A DNA stretch of 32,000 bases from Candidatus Arthromitus sp. SFB-rat-Yit (GTDB lineage: Bacteria; Bacillota; Clostridia; Clostridiales; Clostridiaceae): contig NC_016012.1 in NCBI RefSeq assembly GCF_000283555.1, forward strand, positions 810,001-842,000, written 5' to 3'. This document shows positions 1-9,161 of the stretch, in pieces. Position numbers and translations under genes: made by a program. Below the pieces are notes generated by a model that made no database searches, had not been told where the DNA came from, and saw only the letters and a program-made list of their open reading frames with translations. Each line of letters starts with the position of its first letter. The first letter of the stretch is position 1.

Positions 1-606
1 ACCCGATATAGATAATAAATTTACAAATTTATATTTATCGAGCGATATATCAATTTTCCCTATAGCTTGTATCGCATCAGTGTGAAAAATAACATTTCTA
101 TCATGACAAACTTTTGATATAGCATCAACATCTTGAATAGTTCCTATTTCATTGTTAACAAAAGCAACAGAAACAAGTATTGTTTTATCAGTAATTGCAT
201 TAATTACGTCGTTTACATTAACAATACCATCAGAATTAACATCTAAATATGTAACCTTAAATCCATTTTGCTCTAAATATTTGCAAGTATACAAAACAGA
301 ATGATGTTCTATCTTTGCTATTATAATATGATTGCCTTTTTTTCTATTAGCAAAAGCAACTCCCTTAATCGCCCAATTATTCGACTCTGTTCCACCACTT
401 GTAAAAAATATTTCTTTCCTTTGACATTTTAAAGCATTAGCAATATTTTCTCTAGAATGTTCTATTGCATTCTTGGCAATTCTTGAAAATTCATGTATGC
501 CCGAAGGGTTTCCAAAATTATCAAAAAGATATGGCTTCATTTCTTTCATAACTTCATCTCTTAAAAAAGTCGTAGCAGCATAATCCATATAAATTCGTTC
601 ATTCAT
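1..606 (-). CDS. Cysteine desulfurase, NifS/IscS family (class V aminotransferase). N-terminal 202 codons only; the gene continues past the window start
   Basis: Not in the ORF track because it is truncated by the edge. My minus-strand translation from ATG 606 reads MNERIYMDYAATTFLRDEVMKEMKPYLFDNFGNPSGIHEFSR...FFTSGGTESNNWAIKG...IEHHSVL...FHTDAIQAIGKIDISL...LSISG. It stops just before the expected SGHK PLP-lysine motif. ATG 606 overlaps the Rrf2 stop (ATGAATGA). An alternative ATG lies at 588. Confidence 0.88.
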   Translation of the reverse strand, partial: MNERIYMDYAATTFLRDEVMKEMKPYLFDNFGNPSGIHEFSRIAKNAIEHSRENIANALKCQRKEIFFTSGGTESNNWAIKGVAFANRKKGNHIIIAKIEHHSVLYTCKYLEQNGFKVTYLDVNSDGIVNVNDVINAITDKTILVSVAFVNNEIGTIQDVDAISKVCHDRNVIFHTDAIQAIGKIDISLDKYKFVNLLSISG

Positions 607-1045
607 TGATATCAACCCCTATATTAATAAAATTTAATTTATTATGTTCATCTATTATATCTTGAAGTGTAACCGATGAAAAAATATTGTTAATAGCATC
701 TCTTATTTTAACCCACAAAACACGTGTAGCACATCTATCCAAATTATCACAAGTCGAATTGTTTTCGGCACAATCCGATATATTAATAGGTCCTTCGACT
801 ACATCTATAATATCCTTAATTGTAATTTCTTTAGGTTTTCTTGTTAATGAATATCCTCCCTTAGCACCTCTAACACTTTTAATAAGGTTCGCTTTCTTAA
901 GAGTAGAAAACAATTGTTCTAAATAAAGTTCGGATATCTTTTGTTTCTGTGCGATACTACGTACAGACATCATTTCAGTATCATAAGACAGAGCAAGCTC
1001 AAGCATTGCCTTTATTCCATATCTACCTCTAGTAGACATTTTCAT
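599..1045 (-). CDS. Rrf2 family transcriptional regulator (IscR/CymR-like), probably Fe-S binding
   Basis: 148 aa. N-terminal winged-helix signature MKMSTRGRYGIKAMLELA...SVRSIA. Three clustered Cys (DCAENNSTCDNLDRC). It sits directly upstream of, and overlaps, the cysteine desulfurase gene, as in cymR/iscR-nifS operons. Confidence 0.88.
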   Translation of the reverse strand: MKMSTRGRYGIKAMLELALSYDTEMMSVRSIAQKQKISELYLEQLFSTLKKANLIKSVRGAKGGYSLTRKPKEITIKDIIDVVEGPINISDCAENNSTCDNLDRCATRVLWVKIRDAINNIFSSVTLQDIIDEHNKLNFINIGVDINE

Positions 1046-1078
1046 GTTAATTCTCCTTAAACTCTATAATAATTCAAA

Positions 1079-1107
1079 ATTATAACAATTTCATTTTTTA
1101 TAGTCAA
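1079..1107 (-). promoter_or_regulatory. Sigma-A type promoter for the Rrf2-nifS operon
   Basis: Minus strand reads TTGACT (1107..1102), a 17-nt spacer, then TATAAT (1084..1079). This lies about 34 nt upstream of ATG 1045, which is preceded by AAGGAGA. Confidence 0.5.
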
Positions 1108-1119
1108 CATGACCCACCC

Positions 1120-1165
1120 ATATAAAAATAAAAAATCTAATCTTAATAAACAATCAGATTAGATT
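1120..1165 (-). terminator. Rho-independent terminator ending the fab/acc operon
   Basis: Perfect 10-bp stem aatctaatct (1134..1143) / agattagatt (1156..1165) with a 12-nt loop. On the minus-strand transcript it is followed by TTTTTTATTTTTAT. It starts 8 nt after the accA stop. Confidence 0.75.
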
Positions 1166-1172
1166 TTTAAAA

Positions 1173-1979
1173 TTACTCAATTCCATATTGTCCAATTTTT
1201 CTAAATTTTTGATATCTTTCCTCTTTAATTTCATTTCCTGATTTATTTTTAAATCTATTAATAAAGTCAACTATATCTTTCTTCAAAGATTCAGCAACCT
1301 TTTCTTTAGTCACATGTGCCCCTTCGCCGTATTCATCAATTATCTTATCTACAATTCCCAATTTCTTTAAATCGTAAGATGTGAGTTTCAAAACATCAGC
1401 GGCCTCTTTAAACTTACTAGAATCTTTCCACAAAATACTTGCACACGCTTCTGGAGATATTACTGAATAAATTGAGTTTTCAAGCATCCAAATTTCATTA
1501 GCTATAGAAATACCCAAAGCTCCACCACTTCCACCTTCAGATATTACAATCGATAATATAGGACAAGTAAATCCCATCATTTCAAACAAATTTTTTGCAA
1601 TAGCTTCACCCTGTCCTCTTTCTTCGGCTTGTTTACCACAAAATGCACCAGGAGTATCAACAAAAGTTATTATTGGTCTATTAAATTTATTCGCCTGTTT
1701 CATAAGCCTTAAAGCTTTACGATATCCTTCAGGATTAGTCATACCAAAATTTCTCATAATATTATCTTTGGTATTTTCCCCCTTCATTTGTGAAATTATC
1801 GTTACAGGCATATCATCTATAAATCCAATTCCTCCAATCAAAGCTTTATCATCTGAATAATATCGATCACCATGAAATTCTTCAAACGAATCAAATATAT
1901 TTTCTAAATAAAATTTAGCCGTAGGACGCATAGGCATTCTTGCAAGTAAAACCCTATCCCAAATACTCAAATTACTCAT
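1173..1979 (-). CDS. accA: Acetyl-CoA carboxylase carboxyltransferase subunit alpha
   Basis: 268 aa. Motif FVDTPGAFCGKQAEERGQGEAIA. Start overlaps the accD stop (ATGAGTAA). Last gene of the fab/acc cluster. Confidence 0.95.
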   Translation of the reverse strand: MSNLSIWDRVLLARMPMRPTAKFYLENIFDSFEEFHGDRYYSDDKALIGGIGFIDDMPVTIISQMKGENTKDNIMRNFGMTNPEGYRKALRLMKQANKFNRPIITFVDTPGAFCGKQAEERGQGEAIAKNLFEMMGFTCPILSIVISEGGSGGALGISIANEIWMLENSIYSVISPEACASILWKDSSKFKEAADVLKLTSYDLKKLGIVDKIIDEYGEGAHVTKEKVAESLKKDIVDFINRFKNKSGNEIKEERYQKFRKIGQYGIE

Positions 1980-2841
1980 TCACATCTCTCCTATGTGCCT
2001 TTAATATATAAGTTATGATATTTTTCAAATCTTTTCTATGTACTATTTTATCTAGAAAACCTTTCTCTAAAAGGAATTCAGCTTTTTGAAAATTATCTGG
2101 CAATCTTTCATTAATGGTCTTCTCTATAACTCTTTTCCCCGCAAACGCAATATAAGCATTGGGTTCACTTATTATTATGTCCCCAAGCATAGCAAAACTC
2201 GCCGTCACTCCACCTGTTGTAGGATCTGTTATAACTGTTAAATAGATAAGACCACTATCAGATAATTTTTTAAGAGCCGCACTAATCTTAGCCATTTGCA
2301 TTAAAGACAATGTTCCTTCTTGCATTCTCGCTCCACCAGATGCCGTGAAAATTATAACAGGAAGTTTATGTTCTATAGCATACTCTATGGCTCTAGTTAT
2401 TTTCTCACCAACAACACTCCCCATGCTACCAATCATAAAAAAACTATTCATAACGCATACAACAGTTTTATACCCTCCGATTGAACATTTTCCAGAAACA
2501 ACAGCATCCTTTTCATTTGAAACATTCTTAGCATCTTGAAGTTTTTTATCATAGTAAGGAAAATCCAATGGATTAACACTAACCATGTCGTTGTCAAATT
2601 CTTCAAAAGTATTCTGATCTGCCAAATATCTAATTCTATCTCTAGGACTTAACCTAAAATGATGCTCGCAAAATGGACAAACCATTAAATTATCTTGAAT
2701 ATCCTCTTTATATAAAATTCTTGAGCAATTATTACATTTAATCCAACGATCATTTGGAATATAAACCTTTCTCTCTTCCTCAAAAGGCATCGTACTTACA
2801 GTAACATATTTATTTTTCTTAAAAAAATCGATTATCATCAT
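1972..2841 (-). CDS. accD: Acetyl-CoA carboxylase carboxyltransferase subunit beta
   Basis: 289 aa. N-terminal zinc ribbon CNNC...CPFC, then SGGARMQEG. ATG overlaps the accC stop (ATGA). Confidence 0.95.
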   Translation of the reverse strand: MMIIDFFKKNKYVTVSTMPFEEERKVYIPNDRWIKCNNCSRILYKEDIQDNLMVCPFCEHHFRLSPRDRIRYLADQNTFEEFDNDMVSVNPLDFPYYDKKLQDAKNVSNEKDAVVSGKCSIGGYKTVVCVMNSFFMIGSMGSVVGEKITRAIEYAIEHKLPVIIFTASGGARMQEGTLSLMQMAKISAALKKLSDSGLIYLTVITDPTTGGVTASFAMLGDIIISEPNAYIAFAGKRVIEKTINERLPDNFQKAEFLLEKGFLDKIVHRKDLKNIITYILKAHRRDVNE

Positions 2842-4184
2842 TTGATATTCACCAACTTATTCAAAAATCCTGTATTATAATTTCCTCTAGCAAAATCTTC
2901 GTCATTTAAAATATCAAAATGGAAATCAATATTACTTGTAATCCCATCGATAATAAATTCAGCCAATGATCTCTTCATTTTCATTATGGCTTCATCTCTC
3001 GTATTCCCATGAACAATAAGCTTCGCAATCATTGAATCATAAAACGGAGGTATTGTATATCCTTGATAAACAGCACTATCCAATCTAACGCCAAACCCCC
3101 CTGGAACATTCAACTGATCTATCTTACCTGGACATGGAGCAAAATTTCTATTAACATCTTCAGCATTAATTCTGCATTCAATTGAATGCCCTTTTATTTT
3201 TAAATCACTTTGGGTAAAAGACAATTTTTTACCACTAGCAATTTTAATTTGCTCTTTTATTAAATCTATTCCTGTTATCATTTCTGTTATAGGATGCTCC
3301 ACTTGAATACGTGTATTCATTTCCATAAAATAAAAGTTTTTATTGTCATCAACCAAAAACTCAATTGTACCTGCATTTACATAATTAACAATTTTGCAAA
3401 TCTTAACAGCAACTTCACCCATTTTCTTTCTTGTATCCTCATCCAAAAATGCAGAAGGTGCTTCTTCAACTATTTTTTGATTTTTTCTCTGAACTGAACA
3501 ATCACGTTCAAATAAATGCACAACATTCCCGAAATCATCTGCTAAGACTTGAAATTCTATGTGATGTGGATTTCTGATATACTTTTCTATGTACACTACA
3601 TCATTATTAAAACACGCAAGTGCCTCAGCTTTTGCCATTAAATATGAATCTTTAAAATCCTCTTCATTTTCTACAATTCGAATACCCTTACCACCTCCAC
3701 CAAGTGCAGCTTTTATCATAACCGGAAAACCAATTGACTTAGCTATCTCAAATGCATAATGCTCATCTTTCAAATATCCTTCATAACCATCAACAATTGG
3801 AATGCCATTTTTTTTCATTGTAATCCTAGCATTTGCTTTATCCCCCATCATATCCATAGTTTTCGGATTAGGTCCTATAAATATAATGTTGCAATCCTTA
3901 CACATTTTAGCAAATTTAGAATTTTCAGAAAGGAATCCAAACCCAGGATGAATGGCCTCTGCCCCACTAAGCGAAGTAGCTTCTAAAATATTTGGTATAT
4001 TTAAATAAGAATCTCTAGCCGAATTTGGACCTATACAAATAGCTTCATCAGCAAGTTGAGTATGTAGTGCTTCCTTATCAGCTTCTGAATAGACAGCCAC
4101 AGAAATTATACCTAATTCTTTGCACGCCCTTATTATTCTTACAGCTATCTCTCCTCTATTTGCAATTAAAATCTTATTTATCAT
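2838..4184 (-). CDS. accC: Acetyl-CoA carboxylase biotin carboxylase subunit
   Basis: 448 aa. KILIANRGEIAVRIIRAC, ATP-grasp GGGGKGIR, EMNTRIQVEHPITE. Confidence 0.96.
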   Translation of the reverse strand: MINKILIANRGEIAVRIIRACKELGIISVAVYSEADKEALHTQLADEAICIGPNSARDSYLNIPNILEATSLSGAEAIHPGFGFLSENSKFAKMCKDCNIIFIGPNPKTMDMMGDKANARITMKKNGIPIVDGYEGYLKDEHYAFEIAKSIGFPVMIKAALGGGGKGIRIVENEEDFKDSYLMAKAEALACFNNDVVYIEKYIRNPHHIEFQVLADDFGNVVHLFERDCSVQRKNQKIVEEAPSAFLDEDTRKKMGEVAVKICKIVNYVNAGTIEFLVDDNKNFYFMEMNTRIQVEHPITEMITGIDLIKEQIKIASGKKLSFTQSDLKIKGHSIECRINAEDVNRNFAPCPGKIDQLNVPGGFGVRLDSAVYQGYTIPPFYDSMIAKLIVHGNTRDEAIMKMKRSLAEFIIDGITSNIDFHFDILNDEDFARGNYNTGFLNKLVNIK

Positions 4185-4197
4185 AAAAATCTCCTAA

Positions 4198-4629
4198 CTA
4201 CTTAATAGCAAACAATATTTCTGCTTCACAAGCAATTTCACCGTTTACCTTAGCAACACCTGCTGCTTTCCCAAAACCAGATCTTATTTTCAAAATTTCA
4301 CATTTAAGTTCTAAAACATCTCCTGGAACAACAATCCTTCTGAACCTTATCTTATCTGCTCCAGCAAAAAAAGCGAGCTTGCCTTTATATTCATCGCTTG
4401 CAAGTATAACTGCTGCACCTGTCTGAGCCAATGCTTCCAAAATCAACACTCCAGGCATTACGGGTTGAGATGGGAAATGACCTTGGAAGAAATTTTCATT
4501 AAAAGTAACATTTTTTATTGCTGTAACACTTTTATTCTCCTCAATGTCCACTATCTTATCTATGAGCAAAAAAGGATACCTGTGAGGAACAATCTTTAGT
4601 ATTTCTGTTATATCAACTACCTTTTTCAT
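4198..4629 (-). CDS. fabZ: 3-hydroxyacyl-ACP dehydratase FabZ
   Basis: PHRYPFLLID and HFPSQPVMPGVLILEALAQ motifs. The track ORF starts at GTG 4641. I prefer ATG 4629 (MKKVVDITEI...), which has GAAGGTG 9 nt upstream. The start is uncertain by 12 nt. Confidence 0.9.
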   Translation of the reverse strand: MKKVVDITEILKIVPHRYPFLLIDKIVDIEENKSVTAIKNVTFNENFFQGHFPSQPVMPGVLILEALAQTGAAVILASDEYKGKLAFFAGADKIRFRRIVVPGDVLELKCEILKIRSGFGKAAGVAKVNGEIACEAEILFAIK

Positions 4630-4647
4630 TTGAAAATTCACCTTCTA

Positions 4648-5133
4648 TTAATACTTTTTAATTTTAAATAATTTTTGTCCAAATTCCACCATTTGTGAAT
4701 CTTTAACTAAAACTTCCAAAACTTTTCCCGAAAATTCACTTTCAATTTCATTCATTAACTTCATAGCTTCAACTATACATACAGTATCACCGCAAGATAC
4801 ACTCTGACCTACAGAAAAATAAGGTTGTTTCCCAGGAGCAGGTGACAAATAAACAGTTCCAACCATAGGGGATGTTATGTATTCAACATTTTCTTCAGAA
4901 ACTTCTTCCTTGATTTCATTTAATGAATTTTTAGGTATTTCTATCTTGTTAACCTCATCTTTTACATTATTATTTACACTAGTTTTAGCAATTTGATTAA
5001 CTGAACCAGTATCTAAACGATTCGATTCTTTATCAAGTTTTAAATATAAATCTTGATAATTTATCTCCATTAAAGAAAGGGTAGAATTATTTATCTTATC
5101 TATAAGCTCCATTATTTCTTTAAAAGATATCAT
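4648..5133 (-). CDS. accB: Acetyl-CoA carboxylase biotin carboxyl carrier protein
   Basis: 161 aa. C-terminal biotinyl domain with an EAMKLMNEI biotin-lysine motif. Confidence 0.93.
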   Translation of the reverse strand: MISFKEIMELIDKINNSTLSLMEINYQDLYLKLDKESNRLDTGSVNQIAKTSVNNNVKDEVNKIEIPKNSLNEIKEEVSEENVEYITSPMVGTVYLSPAPGKQPYFSVGQSVSCGDTVCIVEAMKLMNEIESEFSGKVLEVLVKDSQMVEFGQKLFKIKKY

Positions 5134-5136
5134 TCT

Positions 5137-6375
5137 TTAACCCCTCCATTTCTTAAATAATAATACTGCATTATGTCCACCAAAACCCAAAGAATTAGAC
5201 AATGCATAGTTCACTTCTTTTTCAATTCCTTTGTTTGGAACATAATTTAAATCGCACTCATCATCCTTAACTTTATATCCTGCTGTAGGATGTATAAAAT
5301 TTTCTTCACATGATTTGATACAAGCTATAGCCTCAACAGCACCTGAAGCTCCCAAAAGATGTCCAGTCATAGATTTCGTTGAACTAACAGCAAGATTATA
5401 CGCATGTTCCTTGAAAACTTTTTTAATAGCGCTAGTCTCAACAGCATCATTAATTTTAGTACTCGTTCCGTGTGCATTTATGTAATCCACCTGATTATAA
5501 GATATACCAGCCTCATCCAAAGCATTTTGCATGGCTTTAGCACTCATCTCACCATCTGGCATCGGGGCAGTAATGTGATAAGCATCTGTAGTTGAAGAGT
5601 ATCCAACTATCTCAGCGTAAATATGTGCATTTCTTTTTCGTGCATTATCTAAAGTTTCCAATATTAATATACCTGCACCCTCTCCCATAACAAAACCATT
5701 TCTCTCTTTGTCAAAAGGTATGGATGCTCTCTCAATATCATCAGTTGTATTCAAAGCAGTTAACGCCGTAAAACCACCCAAAGCCAAACTAGTTATCGCA
5801 GACTCACTTCCACCAGTTAAACAAATATCAAGATATCCATGTTTCAGTAATCTATAAGCATCCCCAACTGAATGTGTAGAAGTAGCACAAGCAGTAACTA
5901 CAGATTTACTTTCTCCCCTAGCTCCATATTTAATGGCAATATTCCCTGCAGCCATATTTATAATCAACTTTGGTATAGTCAATGGAGATAGCCGTACAGA
6001 ATCTGTTTTCCTTATTTTATCTATAACATCCTCTAAAGTATTAAATCCTCCAACTCCAGATCCAACAATAACCCCAAATCTTTCTTTGTCGATACCATCT
6101 AAATCTATCTTCGAATCTTGCATAGCCTCCTCTGCTGCATATAATGCAAATGTGGAATAAGGATCTAATCTAGAACATTCTTTTGCATTAAGTCTTTTTG
6201 ATACATCAAAATTTTTTATTGGTGCTATCACCTTAACTTTATCATTCCCAATATTTCTATCACCTATTGGATCTATTCCAACAACACCATTTTTAGCATT
6301 TTTCCAAAACTCAAAAACATCATTTCCTATGGGTGTAATGGCTCCCATTCCTGTAACAACAACTCTATTATTCAT
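5137..6375 (-). CDS. fabF: 3-oxoacyl-ACP synthase II
   Basis: 412 aa. Active-site Cys context VVTACATSTHS, plus NAHGTSTK and GHLLGASG. Confidence 0.95.
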   Translation of the reverse strand: MNNRVVVTGMGAITPIGNDVFEFWKNAKNGVVGIDPIGDRNIGNDKVKVIAPIKNFDVSKRLNAKECSRLDPYSTFALYAAEEAMQDSKIDLDGIDKERFGVIVGSGVGGFNTLEDVIDKIRKTDSVRLSPLTIPKLIINMAAGNIAIKYGARGESKSVVTACATSTHSVGDAYRLLKHGYLDICLTGGSESAITSLALGGFTALTALNTTDDIERASIPFDKERNGFVMGEGAGILILETLDNARKRNAHIYAEIVGYSSTTDAYHITAPMPDGEMSAKAMQNALDEAGISYNQVDYINAHGTSTKINDAVETSAIKKVFKEHAYNLAVSSTKSMTGHLLGASGAVEAIACIKSCEENFIHPTAGYKVKDDECDLNYVPNKGIEKEVNYALSNSLGFGGHNAVLLFKKWRG

Positions 6376-6388
6376 AAAGCACTTCCTC

Positions 6389-7129
6389 CTACATCACCAT
6401 TCCGCCATCTACAGTTATAACTTGACCTGTTATATAGTCAGACAAATTACTAGCTAAAAACACTGCTAGATTTGATACATCCTCAGTTTTACCCATTTTT
6501 TTCAATGGTATATGAGATAAAATAGTTTCCTTAATTTCATCTTTCAATACATCTGTCATATCAGTTTCTATAAATCCTGGAGCTATAGCATTAACATTTA
6601 TACCTCTTGAGCCCAATTCTTTTGCCAAAGATTTAGTCATCCCTATTATTCCTGCTTTAGATGCAGCGTAATTAACTTGTCCAGCATTTCCAATAATACC
6701 TATGACTGAACTAATATTTATAATTTTACCACTCTTTTGCTTAAGCATAATATTGGATACGTGTTTCGCGCAATTAAACGATCCTTTTAAATTCACATTA
6801 ATTACATTATCAAATTCTTCTTCTTTCATCCTCATAATAAGTGTGTCTCTTGTTATCCCAGCATTATTAACCAAAATATCAATTTTCAAAAATTTTTCTT
6901 TGCAAAAATTTGTTAATTCCTCAGCAATAGAGAAATCACTCACATCACCTTTATGTAATAAGGCAACCCCACCATTTTGTTCAATCTCTTGTTTTACTTT
7001 TTCTGCTCCGATATCATCACTTCTATAATTTAAAACTACCTTAGCTCCATGCTTCGCAAAATTAATAGCTATAGATTTACCAATTCCTTTAGATGCCCCC
7101 GTAACAATTGCAACTTTGTCTTTAAGCAT
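6389..7129 (-). CDS. fabG: 3-oxoacyl-ACP reductase
   Basis: 246 aa SDR. TGASKGIG Rossmann motif, NNAG, and the YAASKAG catalytic Y-x3-K. Confidence 0.93.
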   Translation of the reverse strand: MLKDKVAIVTGASKGIGKSIAINFAKHGAKVVLNYRSDDIGAEKVKQEIEQNGGVALLHKGDVSDFSIAEELTNFCKEKFLKIDILVNNAGITRDTLIMRMKEEEFDNVINVNLKGSFNCAKHVSNIMLKQKSGKIINISSVIGIIGNAGQVNYAASKAGIIGMTKSLAKELGSRGINVNAIAPGFIETDMTDVLKDEIKETILSHIPLKKMGKTEDVSNLAVFLASNLSDYITGQVITVDGGMVM

Positions 7130-7131
7130 AC

Positions 7132-8073
7132 CTACACCTCACTCAAAACTTTTAAAGATCTATTTAAAGATGATTCATCTTCTATATTTAACACTGTTAC
7201 TTTTTTATCTATTTTCTTAACAAAACTTGATAAACTTTTCCCTGGGCCTATTTCAACAAAAGTATCAATTCCCATTCCAATAATTCTCAATATACTATCT
7301 TCCCAAAGAACAGAACTCATAATTTGATTAGACAGCAATTCACAAATCTTACTCATATCCATCTTTTCTGAAGTAACATTAGATATAACAGGAACTTTAA
7401 ATTCAGAATTAAATTCTGTATTCTCCAACTCTGTTTTAAATTTCATCGCTGCCTCTTTAAGAAAACTTGTATGGAAAGGTGCTTTAATTGGAAGTCTTAC
7501 ACTCCTCAAAGCTCCTTTATCCTTAAACATTTTATCTGCCATATCAAGTGCAACAACTTCACCAGAAACGACAATTTGAGAAGGGCAATTATAATTTGCA
7601 ATTTCCAAATGTCCATAAGACTTAACATCATCTATAACTTCCAATATTTTTTCCTTGCTTAATCCAATAACCGCTGTCATTCCATATAAATTTCCATCTA
7701 AAGAATTAACCATAAAATCTGCTCTTTTATTAACTAAAATAATCGCTTTTTCAAAATCCAAAGCACCTGAACACACAAGTGCTGAATACTCTCCCAAACT
7801 CAATCCAGCAGTACAAGATGGATTTATATTAACTAAACTTTTAAGTGCCTCAAGTATAGCAATACTTGTTGTCAATATAGCAGGTTGAGTTATTTTTGTA
7901 TCACTTATTTCATCCATGCTACCATTAAATATTTTATCAGAAAGAGAAAACTCTAAAATTTCATTACTTTTTTCAAATATCTTTCTTGACTCAACAAAAT
8001 TTTCGTAAAAATATTTTCCCATACCAACATACTGCGATCCTTGACCTGGAAATATAAACGCTACATTATTCAT
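7132..8073 (-). CDS. fabD: Malonyl CoA-ACP transacylase
   Basis: 313 aa. FPGQGSQ and the GLSLGEYSA active-site serine motif. Confidence 0.94.
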   Translation of the reverse strand: MNNVAFIFPGQGSQYVGMGKYFYENFVESRKIFEKSNEILEFSLSDKIFNGSMDEISDTKITQPAILTTSIAILEALKSLVNINPSCTAGLSLGEYSALVCSGALDFEKAIILVNKRADFMVNSLDGNLYGMTAVIGLSKEKILEVIDDVKSYGHLEIANYNCPSQIVVSGEVVALDMADKMFKDKGALRSVRLPIKAPFHTSFLKEAAMKFKTELENTEFNSEFKVPVISNVTSEKMDMSKICELLSNQIMSSVLWEDSILRIIGMGIDTFVEIGPGKSLSSFVKKIDKKVTVLNIEDESSLNRSLKVLSEV

Positions 8074-8097
8074 GATTTATTTCTCCTATGTTAATAA

Positions 8098-9075
8098 TTA
8101 CCATTCAATTAATATCGACCCATAAGTAAGTCCACCGCCAAAACCAACAAGTATAATCAAATCTCCCTTAGATAGATTTTGAGATTCGCTCAATTCAGTT
8201 AATGCAATTGGTATACTTGCCGCTGAAGTATTTCCATACTTATGCAAATTAATAAAAAATTTATCTACATCAATCTTTAATCGTTGAGAAGCTGATTCTA
8301 TTATTCTTTTATTTGCTTGATGTGGCACAATAAACTTAATATCTTTTATAGAAATATTATTGTTTTTGAGCAATACATCAATTCCTTCAACCATAGATGA
8401 AACTGCAAATTTAAATACTTCTCTACCATCCATATGTATACTAAAATCACTATTAACCGATTCACCCAATATGAAATTAGATATAGGAACAGCTGCAGAA
8501 ACTAAAGAATCAGATTTCTCCCCAACTGACCTTGTATATGTATCAACTATTTTATGTCCATTTTTAGATCTTTCAATATATGCAACACCTGCACCATCTC
8601 CAAACAAAACGCAGGTGTTCCTATCTTTCCAATCTATGATTTTCGATAACATTTCACTACCTATAACAATAGCATTTCTATATTTCTCGGATGATAAAAG
8701 AGCATCCGCCACAACAAGCCCATAAATAAAACCTGTGCATGCTGCATTTAAATCAAAAGCTGTAGCATTTGAAGCACCAATAGTTTTTTGAACTAAACAA
8801 GCACATGAAGGCGTGTTATTGTCAGGAGTAATAGTAGAAAAAATAATAAGATCTATATCTTTCGGATCCTTATTTAATTTATTTAATAATTTTTCTACTG
8901 ACTTAGCCCCCAACACAGATGTATTTTCTGTAGAAATACGTCTTTCTCTTATACCAGTTCTACTGTATATCCACTCATCACTTGTATCAACCATTTTTTC
9001 TAATTCATTGTTAGTTAAAATTCTATCAGGCACATACATACTCATACCTAAAATGCAATTACGTATATAATTCAT
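8098..9075 (-). CDS. fabH: 3-oxoacyl-ACP synthase III
   Basis: 325 aa. DTSDEWI, active Cys in LNAACTGFIYG, HQANKRI, GNTSAASIP. Confidence 0.94.
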   Translation of the reverse strand: MNYIRNCILGMSMYVPDRILTNNELEKMVDTSDEWIYSRTGIRERRISTENTSVLGAKSVEKLLNKLNKDPKDIDLIIFSTITPDNNTPSCACLVQKTIGASNATAFDLNAACTGFIYGLVVADALLSSEKYRNAIVIGSEMLSKIIDWKDRNTCVLFGDGAGVAYIERSKNGHKIVDTYTRSVGEKSDSLVSAAVPISNFILGESVNSDFSIHMDGREVFKFAVSSMVEGIDVLLKNNNISIKDIKFIVPHQANKRIIESASQRLKIDVDKFFINLHKYGNTSAASIPIALTELSESQNLSKGDLIILVGFGGGLTYGSILIEW

Positions 9076-9108
9076 TTAAAATCTCCTCAGATTGTAATTA
9101 GCATTTTT

Positions 9109-9137
9109 AGTATATTACATTATAAAATACATGTCAA
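9109..9137 (-). promoter_or_regulatory. Candidate sigma-A promoter for the fabH...accA operon
   Basis: Minus strand reads TTGACA (9137..9132), a 17-nt spacer, then TATACT (9114..9109). It lies about 34 nt upstream of the fabH ATG, which is preceded by GAGGAG. Confidence 0.45.
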
Positions 9138-9161
9138 CTCTTCCAGTTTTTTACATTTAAA

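Noticed and set aside
1069-1086. The 18-mer ataattcaaaattaTaac recurs as ataattcaaaattaCaac at 16476..16493 (17 of 18 identical), both in intergenic or gene-end regions.
   Set aside because: A rough estimate for this base composition and window size predicts several such 17-of-18 matches by chance. The second copy has no associated promoter geometry.
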